Source of the DNA: Bacillota bacterium
GTDB lineage: Bacteria; Bacillota; Limnochordia; DTU087
DNA: 64,000 bases
Direction: 5' to 3'
Assembly (NCBI GenBank): GCA_012798695.1
Contig: JAAZMR010000025.1
Span: 7,659-71,658 of the forward strand
Position 1 is the stretch's first letter. Each line of letters starts with the position of its first letter. Position numbers and translations under genes: made by a program. Below are positions 9,956 to 19,201 of the stretch, piece after piece. Below the pieces are notes generated by a model that saw only the letters and a program-made list of their open reading frames with translations, did not search any database and was not told the origin of the DNA.

Positions 9956-11095
9956 CTAGAGCCATCCCGTCAATTTAGCCAACAGGCGGGTGTATTCAAC
10001 GAAATCACCCCAAGAAATATCTGGTGGGACACCGTGATCACACCCAGGAATAAAACCTCCCTCTTCTAGTAGAGGCGGTACCACCCGCATGACCTCCCGC
10101 TCCATCACCTTGCCTCCTGCAGCAATGGCACGTTTGTCAATTCCACCGAGATAGGCCATTTTCTTACCATATAGTCTACGGTATTCCACGATATCATTGC
10201 CGGCTGCTACTTCCATAGGAAAACAGCAGTTGAATCCTGCTTCGATCCAGATGGGAATCAACTCCGCTACATAACCATCTGAATCGATTGAGATCACCCG
10301 ACAGCCAGCTCGCTTAAGCTCCGCTATCCAGCGCTCATAAGATGGCAACAGAAACTTCCTAGTCATTTGGGGTGAAATCATACTATGGGCTTTGTAGGCC
10401 ATGTCTTCATTGACTAGAACATAATCTACTTGAAGTCTTGCTAAGATCGGGGCCATCGTGCGGGAGACGAAATCCGTCCAGAATGCGGTCATTTCTTGAA
10501 CAAAGTCGGGGTCATCTAGCATCAACATACATAGGTTTTCCAGCCCGCACCACTCCCGCAACTGCCAGAACGGGCCATTAAAAGCAAAGCTGACCACACC
10601 GTCGCCATTAGCAAGAGCCTTGCATCGCTCCTGGAAATCACCGGGGTAACGCCCCGGCGAACTCGGGTCAAAACGCTTTTTCATTGCTTCCCAGTCAGCA
10701 CGATTTTGAACAGGGAATTTATGCCACTTGCGAGTCACAAAATCTTTGGCTTCCCGGATGTACGTATAGTCGAATTCATCGGAAATCTCGGTTATGGCCC
10801 CCATCCAATCCTGCACTATGTAGTGCCCATCTTTGTGTTCAAGGACCTTCTCGTCAAATTCTGGTATCATTTTGAAGGAAACTCCCAGGTTTGTCTTTGG
10901 CCCTGCCGGTTTATCATATTCGATCCCTAAAGCCTCAAGCAAGAATTCATAGTAGTGTACATCTCGAGGAAGGCCTTGCCGATACCATGTCTCGAGTGTT
11001 GACTCCCTGGGTGAACCAGGCTGTAGTGGTACCTTATCCGGTTTCCCGAACAGAAGCGTTTCCACAAACCTTTCACGTTCATTCAATGGTGTCAT
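9956..11095 (-). CDS. Uroporphyrinogen decarboxylase (URO-D) family protein, MtaA/CmuA-like putative Zn methyltransferase
   Basis: Start reassigned to ATG 11095 (MTPLNERERFVETLLFGKPDKVP...), preceded by SD AGGAAAGGGG. The track ORF extends 68 codons upstream (11299). URO-D hallmarks: N-terminal ERF..GKP.DRVP, C-terminal GG(F)IPGCDHGVPPD.S. Embedded between two SBP genes. Confidence 0.75.
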   Translation of the reverse strand: MTPLNERERFVETLLFGKPDKVPLQPGSPRESTLETWYRQGLPRDVHYYEFLLEALGIEYDKPAGPKTNLGVSFKMIPEFDEKVLEHKDGHYIVQDWMGAITEISDEFDYTYIREAKDFVTRKWHKFPVQNRADWEAMKKRFDPSSPGRYPGDFQERCKALANGDGVVSFAFNGPFWQLREWCGLENLCMLMLDDPDFVQEMTAFWTDFVSRTMAPILARLQVDYVLVNEDMAYKAHSMISPQMTRKFLLPSYERWIAELKRAGCRVISIDSDGYVAELIPIWIEAGFNCCFPMEVAAGNDIVEYRRLYGKKMAYLGGIDKRAIAAGGKVMEREVMRVVPPLLEEGGFIPGCDHGVPPDISWGDFVEYTRLLAKLTGWL

Positions 11096-11414
11096 CCCCT
11101 TTCCTCTGGCCGCTACCAAGATATGTGCAATGATCTGGTATGAATTATGGGGTTCCCCTCGCCGACAACCTATCATGCACCTGGAACAGTACATAGAAAT
11201 AGGCACACAGAGTGCTCTCAATGTGCCCATAGACATGTGATCCATAGACAACGCATCCAGAAACATATATCGATGGGAAGCAAATTCATCAGGTGACATT
11301 GATTCACCGGAATCTAGGGAAGCTAGGTGCTCCGTTTTGCCCGGGCTCCCCCTAGCTCCCCTGCCATTTACTACATTTGCGATGTTTACTCGCGCTAGTC
11401 CTGGCTACTGATGA

Positions 11415-13301
11415 TTACTTTTGGACCTTGTAATACTGCTCTGGCCAGGTATTGGCTGGCGTCTTCTGTAGCCAGTCAGAAACCGCTACCTTTGGTACGT
11501 TCCGCATCTCATTGGTAACAATGACGATATGGGGCAGGTCACCGACAACCCCGGTAAACCACTGCTCCGAGTTGCACAAGTAGATTAGTCTCTTCATCAG
11601 TGTGGCAATCTCTTCATCAGAGCTTGCATCTAAGACCTGTTTGTAAGTCTCATACCCCTCGAGCATCGGGCCTTCAGGAGGAGCCTCACCCTTAACACCA
11701 TTGGTCTCCAGCCACTGTACCCAAGGACTATTCACCGCTTGACCACGGCCAGGCAGTAGGAAGACTGGCTCTACGTCTGGAGTAAGGCCACGGTCACTTG
11801 TCCAAACTGCATAGTCGAAATCAGCGGCAGTGGAACGCTCCTCGAAAAGCGTCCGCTCCACCACGTTGACTACAGTGCGAATACCTATCTGAGACCAGTA
11901 GTCTACTATCATCTCAGATACCCTTGCCCAGTTACCGAATACCGGTGAATGGATAATCGTCACAGTGAATTTCTCGCCATTTGGCAACAGCCTATATCCT
12001 TCACTGTCTCGCTTGGACATCCCTATTTCATCGAGAAGACGATTGGCTTCGTCTACATCTCGAGTCGCGTATAACTCATCTACACCTTCCTCATAGAAGG
12101 GGGATACAGGGATGGCACCAACCTGACGAGGTCTGCCCAGGCCCAGATAGACAAGATTATTAATCTCATCTCGATCAATGGCCAGTGACAAGGCTCGCCT
12201 AAATCTAGTATCACGGAATACCTCTCGTTTGGCAAGATCCTTGTGGAAGTAGTTCGGATACAGCATGTAGTTGCTGCCTTCGGCTGAGAGCCACTGGAAA
12301 ATCTGAAAACCGTACTGTTCGGCGTTTTCGGCAAAGACCGGCAGGTTGTCAATCAAGATGTGACGGAGCTGCATGTCCACTTCACCAGTAGCAGCCTTCA
12401 GATTCAGGATCTCCAAGTTGTCCACGATGTCATGATGCATCTTATGGATATATGGGAGCTGATTGCCAGCGGTATCGACTTTCCAGTAATATGGGTTATG
12501 CTCAGCCACCAAAGTCATCGCCGGTGGAGGCACAGTCGTTTTCCAAGCTGTAATGACCGGCACATCCACGTTCCGTCTTAGTTCTCTCCGGTCCTCAAAT
12601 AGCTGGAACCAGGCTTCTCTCTGTTCTTTCTTGGCCATTTCGGTCAAGGTATCAATATCCACAAAGTCTGGGTGGAACTGACTGAGATAGTGTTTGGGGT
12701 ATTGTGTCATTGTCTCGCCCCAATAGGCCAGCATTCTTAGGAAGAGCCGATAGGGATGAGAGAACTCCCACTGGATCGTGTAATCATCTATGACCCTAAA
12801 CTCAGCCAGGTTACCTTCACGGCACAGCCACATAGGTGCCACTGGTGTCAGATCCTCGTTTAGGATAACCTGATTCCAGTAAAACTCAATATCCGCTGCT
12901 GTAAACGGATGGCCATCTGACCATTTCATGCCTTCTCTCAGGTAGAAGGTGAAAACCCGGTTATCTTCGCTGACATCCCAGGATTTGGCCACATTAGGCA
13001 TTATGTCGGAACCATCGGCGTTCCAGCGAACCAATGCTTCAAATGACAGCCTGGCGTGCAGCTGCACATCATTTGGCCCAGTAGCTACTCGGCGCCAAAC
13101 ACCACCATATTGTCCTACTTCATCCACAGGAGTCACTACCAGTGGCTCTTTGGGTAAACGCTCTTCTACTGGTGGCAACTTGCCTTCTGCAACGAGTTTG
13201 CCAAATACCGGGGCTTCGTTGTATTTTGCTGCTGCCATAGAGGAAAATAACATAGTAACTGCTACAGCAAACACTAACACTAATTTGGCTTTCGCCCTCA
13301 T
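11415..13301 (-). CDS. ABC transporter substrate-binding protein, family 5 (Opp/Dpp-type; paralog A)
   Basis: 628 aa. Signal peptide without Cys. Near-duplicate of 7596..9491. SD GCAGGAGGTAG before ATG 13301. Confidence 0.85.
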   Translation of the reverse strand: MRAKAKLVLVFAVAVTMLFSSMAAAKYNEAPVFGKLVAEGKLPPVEERLPKEPLVVTPVDEVGQYGGVWRRVATGPNDVQLHARLSFEALVRWNADGSDIMPNVAKSWDVSEDNRVFTFYLREGMKWSDGHPFTAADIEFYWNQVILNEDLTPVAPMWLCREGNLAEFRVIDDYTIQWEFSHPYRLFLRMLAYWGETMTQYPKHYLSQFHPDFVDIDTLTEMAKKEQREAWFQLFEDRRELRRNVDVPVITAWKTTVPPPAMTLVAEHNPYYWKVDTAGNQLPYIHKMHHDIVDNLEILNLKAATGEVDMQLRHILIDNLPVFAENAEQYGFQIFQWLSAEGSNYMLYPNYFHKDLAKREVFRDTRFRRALSLAIDRDEINNLVYLGLGRPRQVGAIPVSPFYEEGVDELYATRDVDEANRLLDEIGMSKRDSEGYRLLPNGEKFTVTIIHSPVFGNWARVSEMIVDYWSQIGIRTVVNVVERTLFEERSTAADFDYAVWTSDRGLTPDVEPVFLLPGRGQAVNSPWVQWLETNGVKGEAPPEGPMLEGYETYKQVLDASSDEEIATLMKRLIYLCNSEQWFTGVVGDLPHIVIVTNEMRNVPKVAVSDWLQKTPANTWPEQYYKVQK

Positions 13302-13399
13302 TCTTGATCTACCTCCTGCATTAGTTGAGACTTGTAATTAGCGACAGTTATCACCAGCGTGGAAGTATGTGTCTATCACCCCCCTAAAGCCTATCTCAT

Positions 13400-14440
13400 T
13401 CAAGCATACTTTCTTGCGGCTGACCCTACCCCCCTGAGCTTCAGTTCCTCAGCAAGATGGCAGGCCACCATATGAGGTGTCTCACCTTTATCCGCCAGGT
13501 TGACAAATACGGGCTCTTCCGTCTTGCAGCGAGCTTGCGCATACTTGCAGCGGGGATGGAAGGCACACCCAGATGGCCGTCTTGATGGGTCCGCAACTTC
13601 ACCTCTCAATACCACCCTATCCAACTTATAGCGAGGATCGGGTCGGGGCACCGAAGATAATAAAGCTTCTACATAGGGATGTTTAGGTGAGTGGAATAAT
13701 TGCTCAGTATCGGCCAGCTCTACCAATTTCCCTACATACATGACAGCCACTCGATCACAGATATGTTCAACCACACCTAAATCATGAGATATGAATAAGT
13801 ATGTTAGATCGTACTGTTCCTGCAGGTCTTCCAGCAGATTGAGCACTTGGGCTTGGATGGAGACATCCAAAGCCGAAACAGCTTCATCAGCAACGATCAG
13901 GTCAGGGTTGAGAGCCAATGCTCTAGCTATGCCAATTCTTTGACGTTGTCCCCCGCTGAAAGCATGTGGGTATCGAGACATAAGTACCGGGTCCAGGCCC
14001 ACGACAGTCAACAACTCAGCTACCCTATCTCTAATCTCTTCACTACTGCCCATTTCATAGCAAATCAGCGGTTCTGCAACTATCTCCTGAACAGTCATGC
14101 GAGGATTCAGCGAGGAATATGGATCTTGGAAGATCATTTGCATGCGCTTTCTCACATTGCGAAGCTCTTGGCGACCAAGATCCGAAATATCAATTACCCC
14201 GTCTTCTGTTCTCAAGAGAATCTCGCCATCGGTAGGTTCGATTGCTCGCAATATTGCCCGACCGGTCGTAGTCTTGCCACAACCGCTTTCTCCAACTAAT
14301 CCAAGTGTTTCACCTTTGCGAATATCCAAAGATACATCATCAACAGCTTTTACATCACCGATGTGCTTCTTAAATAACCCTCGATAAATCGGGAAGTATT
14401 TCTTTAAATTCTTGACTTGAAGCAAAGTATCTTTATCCAT
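13400..14440 (-). CDS. ABC transporter ATP-binding protein (OppF/DppF-like) with C-terminal oligopeptide-ABC extension
   Basis: Walker [18 protein letters not shown] signature, Walker [14 protein letters not shown]-terminal Cys-containing Opp_C-like tail. Confidence 0.85.
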   Translation of the reverse strand: MDKDTLLQVKNLKKYFPIYRGLFKKHIGDVKAVDDVSLDIRKGETLGLVGESGCGKTTTGRAILRAIEPTDGEILLRTEDGVIDISDLGRQELRNVRKRMQMIFQDPYSSLNPRMTVQEIVAEPLICYEMGSSEEIRDRVAELLTVVGLDPVLMSRYPHAFSGGQRQRIGIARALALNPDLIVADEAVSALDVSIQAQVLNLLEDLQEQYDLTYLFISHDLGVVEHICDRVAVMYVGKLVELADTEQLFHSPKHPYVEALLSSVPRPDPRYKLDRVVLRGEVADPSRRPSGCAFHPRCKYAQARCKTEEPVFVNLADKGETPHMVACHLAEELKLRGVGSAARKYA

Positions 14441-15488
14441 TGGCCTTCCTCGCCTTTTCCCTCTGGGATGTTGTTGCTTGACGGTCCTGATAGAGTAAAC
14501 AACTCACTTTATGATCGGGCTCAGCTTCCTCTAATATGGGCACCTGTTGATCACAAATACCCTTCATGAATTCCGGACAGCGTGGGTGAAATGGGCACCC
14601 AGGAATAACCAAGAAGGGATCGGGAACATTGCCTTTGATTGTCCACAACCGTTCACCGGTCTTCTCTCCAACCTTTGGCACTGACTTAAGTAATGCCTGA
14701 GTATATGGATGCATGGGAGAATGGAAGATTTCTTCAACCGGTGCCTCTTCCACTACTTTGCCCAGGTACATTACTGCCACACGATGTGCTACAGTAGCCA
14801 CAACACCCAAGTTGTGGGTAATGATCAGAATCGTCATTTTGAACTGCTCTTGCATGCGGGCGAGCAGCTCCAGGATCTGAGCCTGAATGGTCACATCAAG
14901 GGCCGTTGTAGGTTCATCGGCGATCAGCAAACTGGGGTTGCAGGACAAAGCCATCGCTATCATTACCCTTTGACGCATGCCTCCACTCAGTTCGAAGGGG
15001 TATGTATCAATACGGCTCTTGGCATCTGGAATCCCAACAAGATCCAGCATCTTAATGGCCCGTTCCCGTGCTTCTTCAGTGCTTGTCTGGCTGTGCAAAG
15101 AAATAGCCTCGATGATCTGGTCACCCACTGTATGGACAGGGCTCAAGGAGGTCATCGGCTCCTGGAATATCATGGCGATTTCTTTGCCACGTATTTCCCG
15201 AATCTCCGGGCTATCTTCACCTAAATTCGTCAAATCTATCTGATTGATGCCATCAACCTTTTCTTGAAATAGACAAATCCGGCCTTTCACGATCTCTCCT
15301 GGTTTGGGGACCATTCTGAGAATCGATCGAGCGGTCATACTCTTTCCACAACCGCTTTCACCAACCAGACCCAATGTCTCACCGCGTTTGATGGTTAAGT
15401 CTACTCCACTGAGAGCCCTGACAGTTCCTTCTCGAGTCTCAAAGTAAACATGAAGATCTTCAATATCTATTAGAGCATCTGTCTGCAC
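14433..15488 (-). CDS. ABC transporter ATP-binding protein (OppD/DppD-like)
   Basis: Walker [30 protein letters not shown]. Overlaps the downstream ATPase by 8 nt (translational coupling). Confidence 0.85.
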   Translation of the reverse strand: MQTDALIDIEDLHVYFETREGTVRALSGVDLTIKRGETLGLVGESGCGKSMTARSILRMVPKPGEIVKGRICLFQEKVDGINQIDLTNLGEDSPEIREIRGKEIAMIFQEPMTSLSPVHTVGDQIIEAISLHSQTSTEEARERAIKMLDLVGIPDAKSRIDTYPFELSGGMRQRVMIAMALSCNPSLLIADEPTTALDVTIQAQILELLARMQEQFKMTILIITHNLGVVATVAHRVAVMYLGKVVEEAPVEEIFHSPMHPYTQALLKSVPKVGEKTGERLWTIKGNVPDPFLVIPGCPFHPRCPEFMKGICDQQVPILEEAEPDHKVSCLLYQDRQATTSQREKARKANG

Positions 15489-15506
15489 AGTCTCATCCCC
15501 CCTCTT

Positions 15507-16649
15507 CTAGGTTGCAGTGGTATACGGGTCTGCAGCGTCACGAAGTCCATCACCAACAAAGTTGAATGCCAAGACGGCTATTACGACCAATAACCCAGGA
15601 AACATCAACCATGGAGCCATTGCCACTGCATGGATGTTCTGCGCATCCTGCAGCAGTACTCCCCAACTAATCACTGGTGGACGTAAACCCACTCCCAGAA
15701 AGCTGAGAGATGTTTCAGCCAAAATCATGCTGGGGATGGACAGGGTCAGAGAAGCAATAATATGGCTCGCAAACGAGGGTAGTAGGTGTTTCCGAATTAT
15801 CCGCGCCTCTGAAGCTCCCCCTAGCCGAGCAGCTAAGACAAAATCCTCATTACGCAAAGATAAAAACCGTCCTCGAACCACTCGAGCCAAGCCGGTCCAG
15901 CTAATCAAAGATAGGATTACGGTAATCCCGAAATAGACAAAGAGAGGGGACCAGTCTGGAGGTAATGCAGCCGCCAAAGCCATCCATAGAGGAATGGAAG
16001 GGAAAGACCGCAGAATCTCAATCATGCGTTGCACAATCATGTCTGTAAGGCCTCCAAAATACCCCGATATTCCCCCAAAGAATATCCCCAGCAGTAAACC
16101 AAGGAAAACACCAATCAACCCAATAGACAAGGATACTCGAGCACCAAAAACAACCCTAGAGAAAACATCTCTGCCCAGTTGGTCAGTACCCATCAGATAT
16201 AAGGCTCCACCATCACCGCAACCAAATAGGTGCAAATCAGTTTCAATGAAGCCAAAAAGTTTATACTTATGTCCACGCACAAAAAAGTGAATTGGGTATT
16301 TCTTGCTGGTATCCGGAACGTAACTTCGTTTGAAGGTCTTCATATCCATCTGACTCTTGATCCCATAAACGAAGGGCCGCAACTGAAATCCTTCCTCGGT
16401 GCGGAACCTCGGCAATTGAGGGGGAGCAAAGGGATGGCCGCTCCGCAGCAGCGGGTCATGTGGTGCAACAAAATCCCCAAAAATCGCTACTAAGTAAAGC
16501 AAGATGATCACAATTGCTGAGAAAACAGCTAGTTTGTGGTTTGTAAACTTCCACCACATCAACTGCCATTGAGATGCAACGTAAGTCCTCTCTTTTGCTG
16601 CATCAACTTCAGAATTAGGAACATGTTTGATAGGCACAGTCTCTGTCAC
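15507..16649 (-). CDS. ABC transporter permease (OppC/DppC-like)
   Basis: 380 aa, N-terminal extension then BPD_transp_1-type TM core. Operonic with the OppB-like permease. Confidence 0.85.
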   Translation of the reverse strand: MTETVPIKHVPNSEVDAAKERTYVASQWQLMWWKFTNHKLAVFSAIVIILLYLVAIFGDFVAPHDPLLRSGHPFAPPQLPRFRTEEGFQLRPFVYGIKSQMDMKTFKRSYVPDTSKKYPIHFFVRGHKYKLFGFIETDLHLFGCGDGGALYLMGTDQLGRDVFSRVVFGARVSLSIGLIGVFLGLLLGIFFGGISGYFGGLTDMIVQRMIEILRSFPSIPLWMALAAALPPDWSPLFVYFGITVILSLISWTGLARVVRGRFLSLRNEDFVLAARLGGASEARIIRKHLLPSFASHIIASLTLSIPSMILAETSLSFLGVGLRPPVISWGVLLQDAQNIHAVAMAPWLMFPGLLVVIAVLAFNFVGDGLRDAADPYTTAT

Positions 16650-16678
16650 ACTAGCTCAACCCCTTTTGCGCTCAATAC

Positions 16679-17662
16679 TCATTCATAACGAACACGTGGA
16701 TCCAACCAAGCTAGCAGAATATCTGACAACAACATACCAATTACGGTCAGAGTTGCCAGGATCAAGATTATACTGCCTGCCAAGTACATATCTTGACCCA
16801 ATAATGACCTTAGCAGTAAAGGTCCGATTGTAGGCAGGCTTAGTACTACTGAGACTATTGTTTCACCAGAAATGATCCGAGGAAGGGTAAAACCAACAGT
16901 ACTGATAAACGGGTTAAGCGCTATCCGCACTGGATATTTCAAGACCAAACGTACTGGATTTAGGCCTTTTGCCCGTGCCGTTTCGACATATGGCTTGCTG
17001 AGTTCGTCCAGCAAATTCGCTCTCATGGTTCGAATCAGGCCAGTCGTGCTAGACATGCCTATGATGATCATGGGCAGCACCATATGCTGCAGCATATCGA
17101 GTACTCGTGGTAGGCTCCATGAAGCGTTGACAAATTCTGGCGAGAATAGGCCACCTATGCTGAGACCAAGATACTTATTCGCGAAAAACATCAGCACAAG
17201 GGCAATCAAAAAGCCAGGTACCGACACCCCCAAGAATCCGATGAAAGTAAACACATAGTCCAGAACAGAATACTGCCTTACTGCAGAGTAGATGCCTATA
17301 GGAAAGGCAACAATCCATGAGAATAATAGCGATGCTATTGAGACAATAACGGTTAAGAACAACCTTTCCCCAATCAGCGTCCGAACTGGTTGGTTCCACT
17401 CAAATGAATAACCAAGATTACCTTGGAAGATGCCTGTAATCCATTTGTAGTACTGCACATGCATGGGTTGATCTAACCCATACTGACGGCGCAAAGCCGC
17501 GGCCAATTCCACATTTACGGCGTCCCCACTAGCGGCCATTTGGGCAATGTGTGCTGTCACAAAATCCCCTGGTGGCAACTGAATGATTATGAACGCGATA
17601 ATTGAAATTATCACTAGAGTTGGTATCATATATAAAATACGTCTACCCAAAAACGCCCACAT
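16679..17662 (-). CDS. ABC transporter permease (OppB/DppB-like)
   Basis: 327 aa, six-TM BPD_transp_1 fold. SD AAGAGGGG 8 nt before ATG 17662. Confidence 0.85.
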   Translation of the reverse strand: MWAFLGRRILYMIPTLVIISIIAFIIIQLPPGDFVTAHIAQMAASGDAVNVELAAALRRQYGLDQPMHVQYYKWITGIFQGNLGYSFEWNQPVRTLIGERLFLTVIVSIASLLFSWIVAFPIGIYSAVRQYSVLDYVFTFIGFLGVSVPGFLIALVLMFFANKYLGLSIGGLFSPEFVNASWSLPRVLDMLQHMVLPMIIIGMSSTTGLIRTMRANLLDELSKPYVETARAKGLNPVRLVLKYPVRIALNPFISTVGFTLPRIISGETIVSVVLSLPTIGPLLLRSLLGQDMYLAGSIILILATLTVIGMLLSDILLAWLDPRVRYE

Positions 17663-18203
17663 AGTTAGTCGCCCCTCTTTTCCGAATATACCTACAAGAA
17701 ATGTACTTTGCTTGTATCCCCCTAAGTTCTGTGCACACCCATCTCCAACACAACACTCTAAGCTTACTACTTCTCTCTGACATTTCTACATCCATCCACT
17801 CTCCCCTTCAACGACATAACATTCGATTATTCGACTGGTTTCCCTCCCTTATTCTCTTTAATTTTTTACGTCGATGTAACATTCGATGCCCTGTTTTTCT
17901 TTTCCTCTTTTTTTAATTCCTTATGCTTGACATAATACCACTTGATAATGCAACTTGGGCCACAAAGGTCACTAAATGGTCACAAGCGTGTTTGAGCAGT
18001 GAAATCATTCCTCTGCAATCTCGATACTCGGATGGCTTGAAACCAAGACAGCCTCTCCCGTCCGCTCAACAGCTCGTCATGTTGTCCGTACAACTGTATA
18101 TGGCAACAATTCGTTTACCTTACAATATTCTCTACCCATAACACCAGGCTTCCTGCAACTCTTTTGTAAATACATTGAGTCAGTGTACTGCCTATTGCAT
18201 CGT

Positions 18204-18953
18204 TTAGGGTAATCTCACATGGTACTTACACTTATCGCCTCTGACTATACTCTTACATAGCTCAACAGTGCGTTCTTTTTCATCATATGCCACCCTTTTG
18301 AGGAGTAAGGCTGGAGTTCCTACTGGCACACCAAGCATCATCGATTCATACTCATCCACACATACCGGCTCCAAGTATTCTTCAGCATTGACTGGCAATA
18401 CACCATACACGTTCTCCATAAGATCATAGAGGCTATGGTTTTCTACATCTTCAACCGTAAGGCCCTGGAACAGTTCTGCGGGAAGCCAAGAAGTCTCCAA
18501 TATGATGGGTTCATCACCGACCAATCGCAACCTTTTCAGTTCATAGACTGTTGACCCATCTGCCAAGTTCAACGTCTTCTTCACCTTTGCCCCTGCCTTT
18601 ACCTCATGCAAGTAGACCACCTGGCTGCGAGGTTTAAGGCCTTTGTTCTCCATATCTCGACTGAAGCTGTAGAATCTGCTCAAGCCTTGGATTATCTTCG
18701 GAGGGCTCACGAAGGTACCTCTTCCCTGTTGCCGATAGAAGAGCCCCTCTCTGGTCAGGTCATCTAGAGCCCGCCTTGTAGTAGCACGGCTTACACCATA
18801 CTGTTGAGCTAGCTGTGATTCGGAAGGGATGAGATCATGCGAACCCCATTCGCCTGATTTGATCTTCTCTCTCAGGATCTGCTTCAACTGGTAATATAAA
18901 GGTATTACACTGCTGTTGTCTAGCAAAAAACCACTCCTTCTCATCGAAACCAT
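18204..18953 (-). CDS. GntR-family transcriptional regulator, HutC/NagR subfamily (HTH_GntR + UTRA effector domain)
   Basis: N-terminal LPSERELAQQYGVSRATTRRALDDL-type wHTH. C-terminal UTRA-like region. Directly upstream of, and co-directional with, the Opp-like operon after a 540 bp leader. Confidence 0.8.
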   Translation of the reverse strand: MVSMRRSGFLLDNSSVIPLYYQLKQILREKIKSGEWGSHDLIPSESQLAQQYGVSRATTRRALDDLTREGLFYRQQGRGTFVSPPKIIQGLSRFYSFSRDMENKGLKPRSQVVYLHEVKAGAKVKKTLNLADGSTVYELKRLRLVGDEPIILETSWLPAELFQGLTVEDVENHSLYDLMENVYGVLPVNAEEYLEPVCVDEYESMMLGVPVGTPALLLKRVAYDEKERTVELCKSIVRGDKCKYHVRLP

Positions 18954-19088
18954 CTAAGATTGAGTCTAGTGCTGTGAAATATGAGCAACCTATCTACTCG
19001 GATGGTCATCTCTATATGTTGTTAGGACAACTTCAGCTGCCCGCTATCAGCCAGACAGCCCTTACCCGTCACGGCAATATTCATGAAT

Positions 19089-19125
19089 GTATAGCGAAGG
19101 CGCCTCAGCGGCGCCTTCGCTATAC
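19089..19125. terminator. Strong perfect palindrome (16-bp stem, 5-nt loop); likely terminator of the M23 peptidase gene and insulator before the gntR promoter
   Basis: GTATAGCGAAGGCGCC-TCAGC-GGCGCCTTCGCTATAC, 77 nt downstream of the peptidase stop. Modest T/A-rich flanks on both strands. Confidence 0.5.
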
Positions 19126-19201
19126 ATTTCTCTGTGTTCTAGGTGTCCCGCTACAGCTACCAGTCCCGCCACGGCTGCAATGTACTCATATCCCGGAAGT
19201 A

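Noticed and set aside
11096-11299. 68-codon in-frame N-terminal extension of the URO-D-family ORF containing a Cys-rich stretch (MYCSRCMIGCRRGEPH), which could have been a novel metal-binding or peptide-like domain.
   Set aside because: The internal ATG at 11095 has a strong SD (AGGAAAGGGG) and begins with the canonical URO-D N-terminal motif. The extension has no SD and an odd composition. It is most likely untranslated leader that happens to be open.
7596-13301. Considered whether the two near-identical 1.9 kb SBP genes are copies of a mobile element (IS/transposon) or part of a repeat-mediated cassette.
   Set aside because: No transposase, integrase, inverted terminal repeats or target-site duplications. 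Both copies are complete, in-frame, secreted binding proteins. This is ordinary tandem paralogy.
17701-18141. + strand ORFs of 71-72 aa inside the gntR-oppB leader; considered as a possible leader peptide or small regulator.
   Set aside because: Wrong strand relative to flanking transcription. No SD before their ATGs. Low-complexity Leu/Ser/Phe composition.
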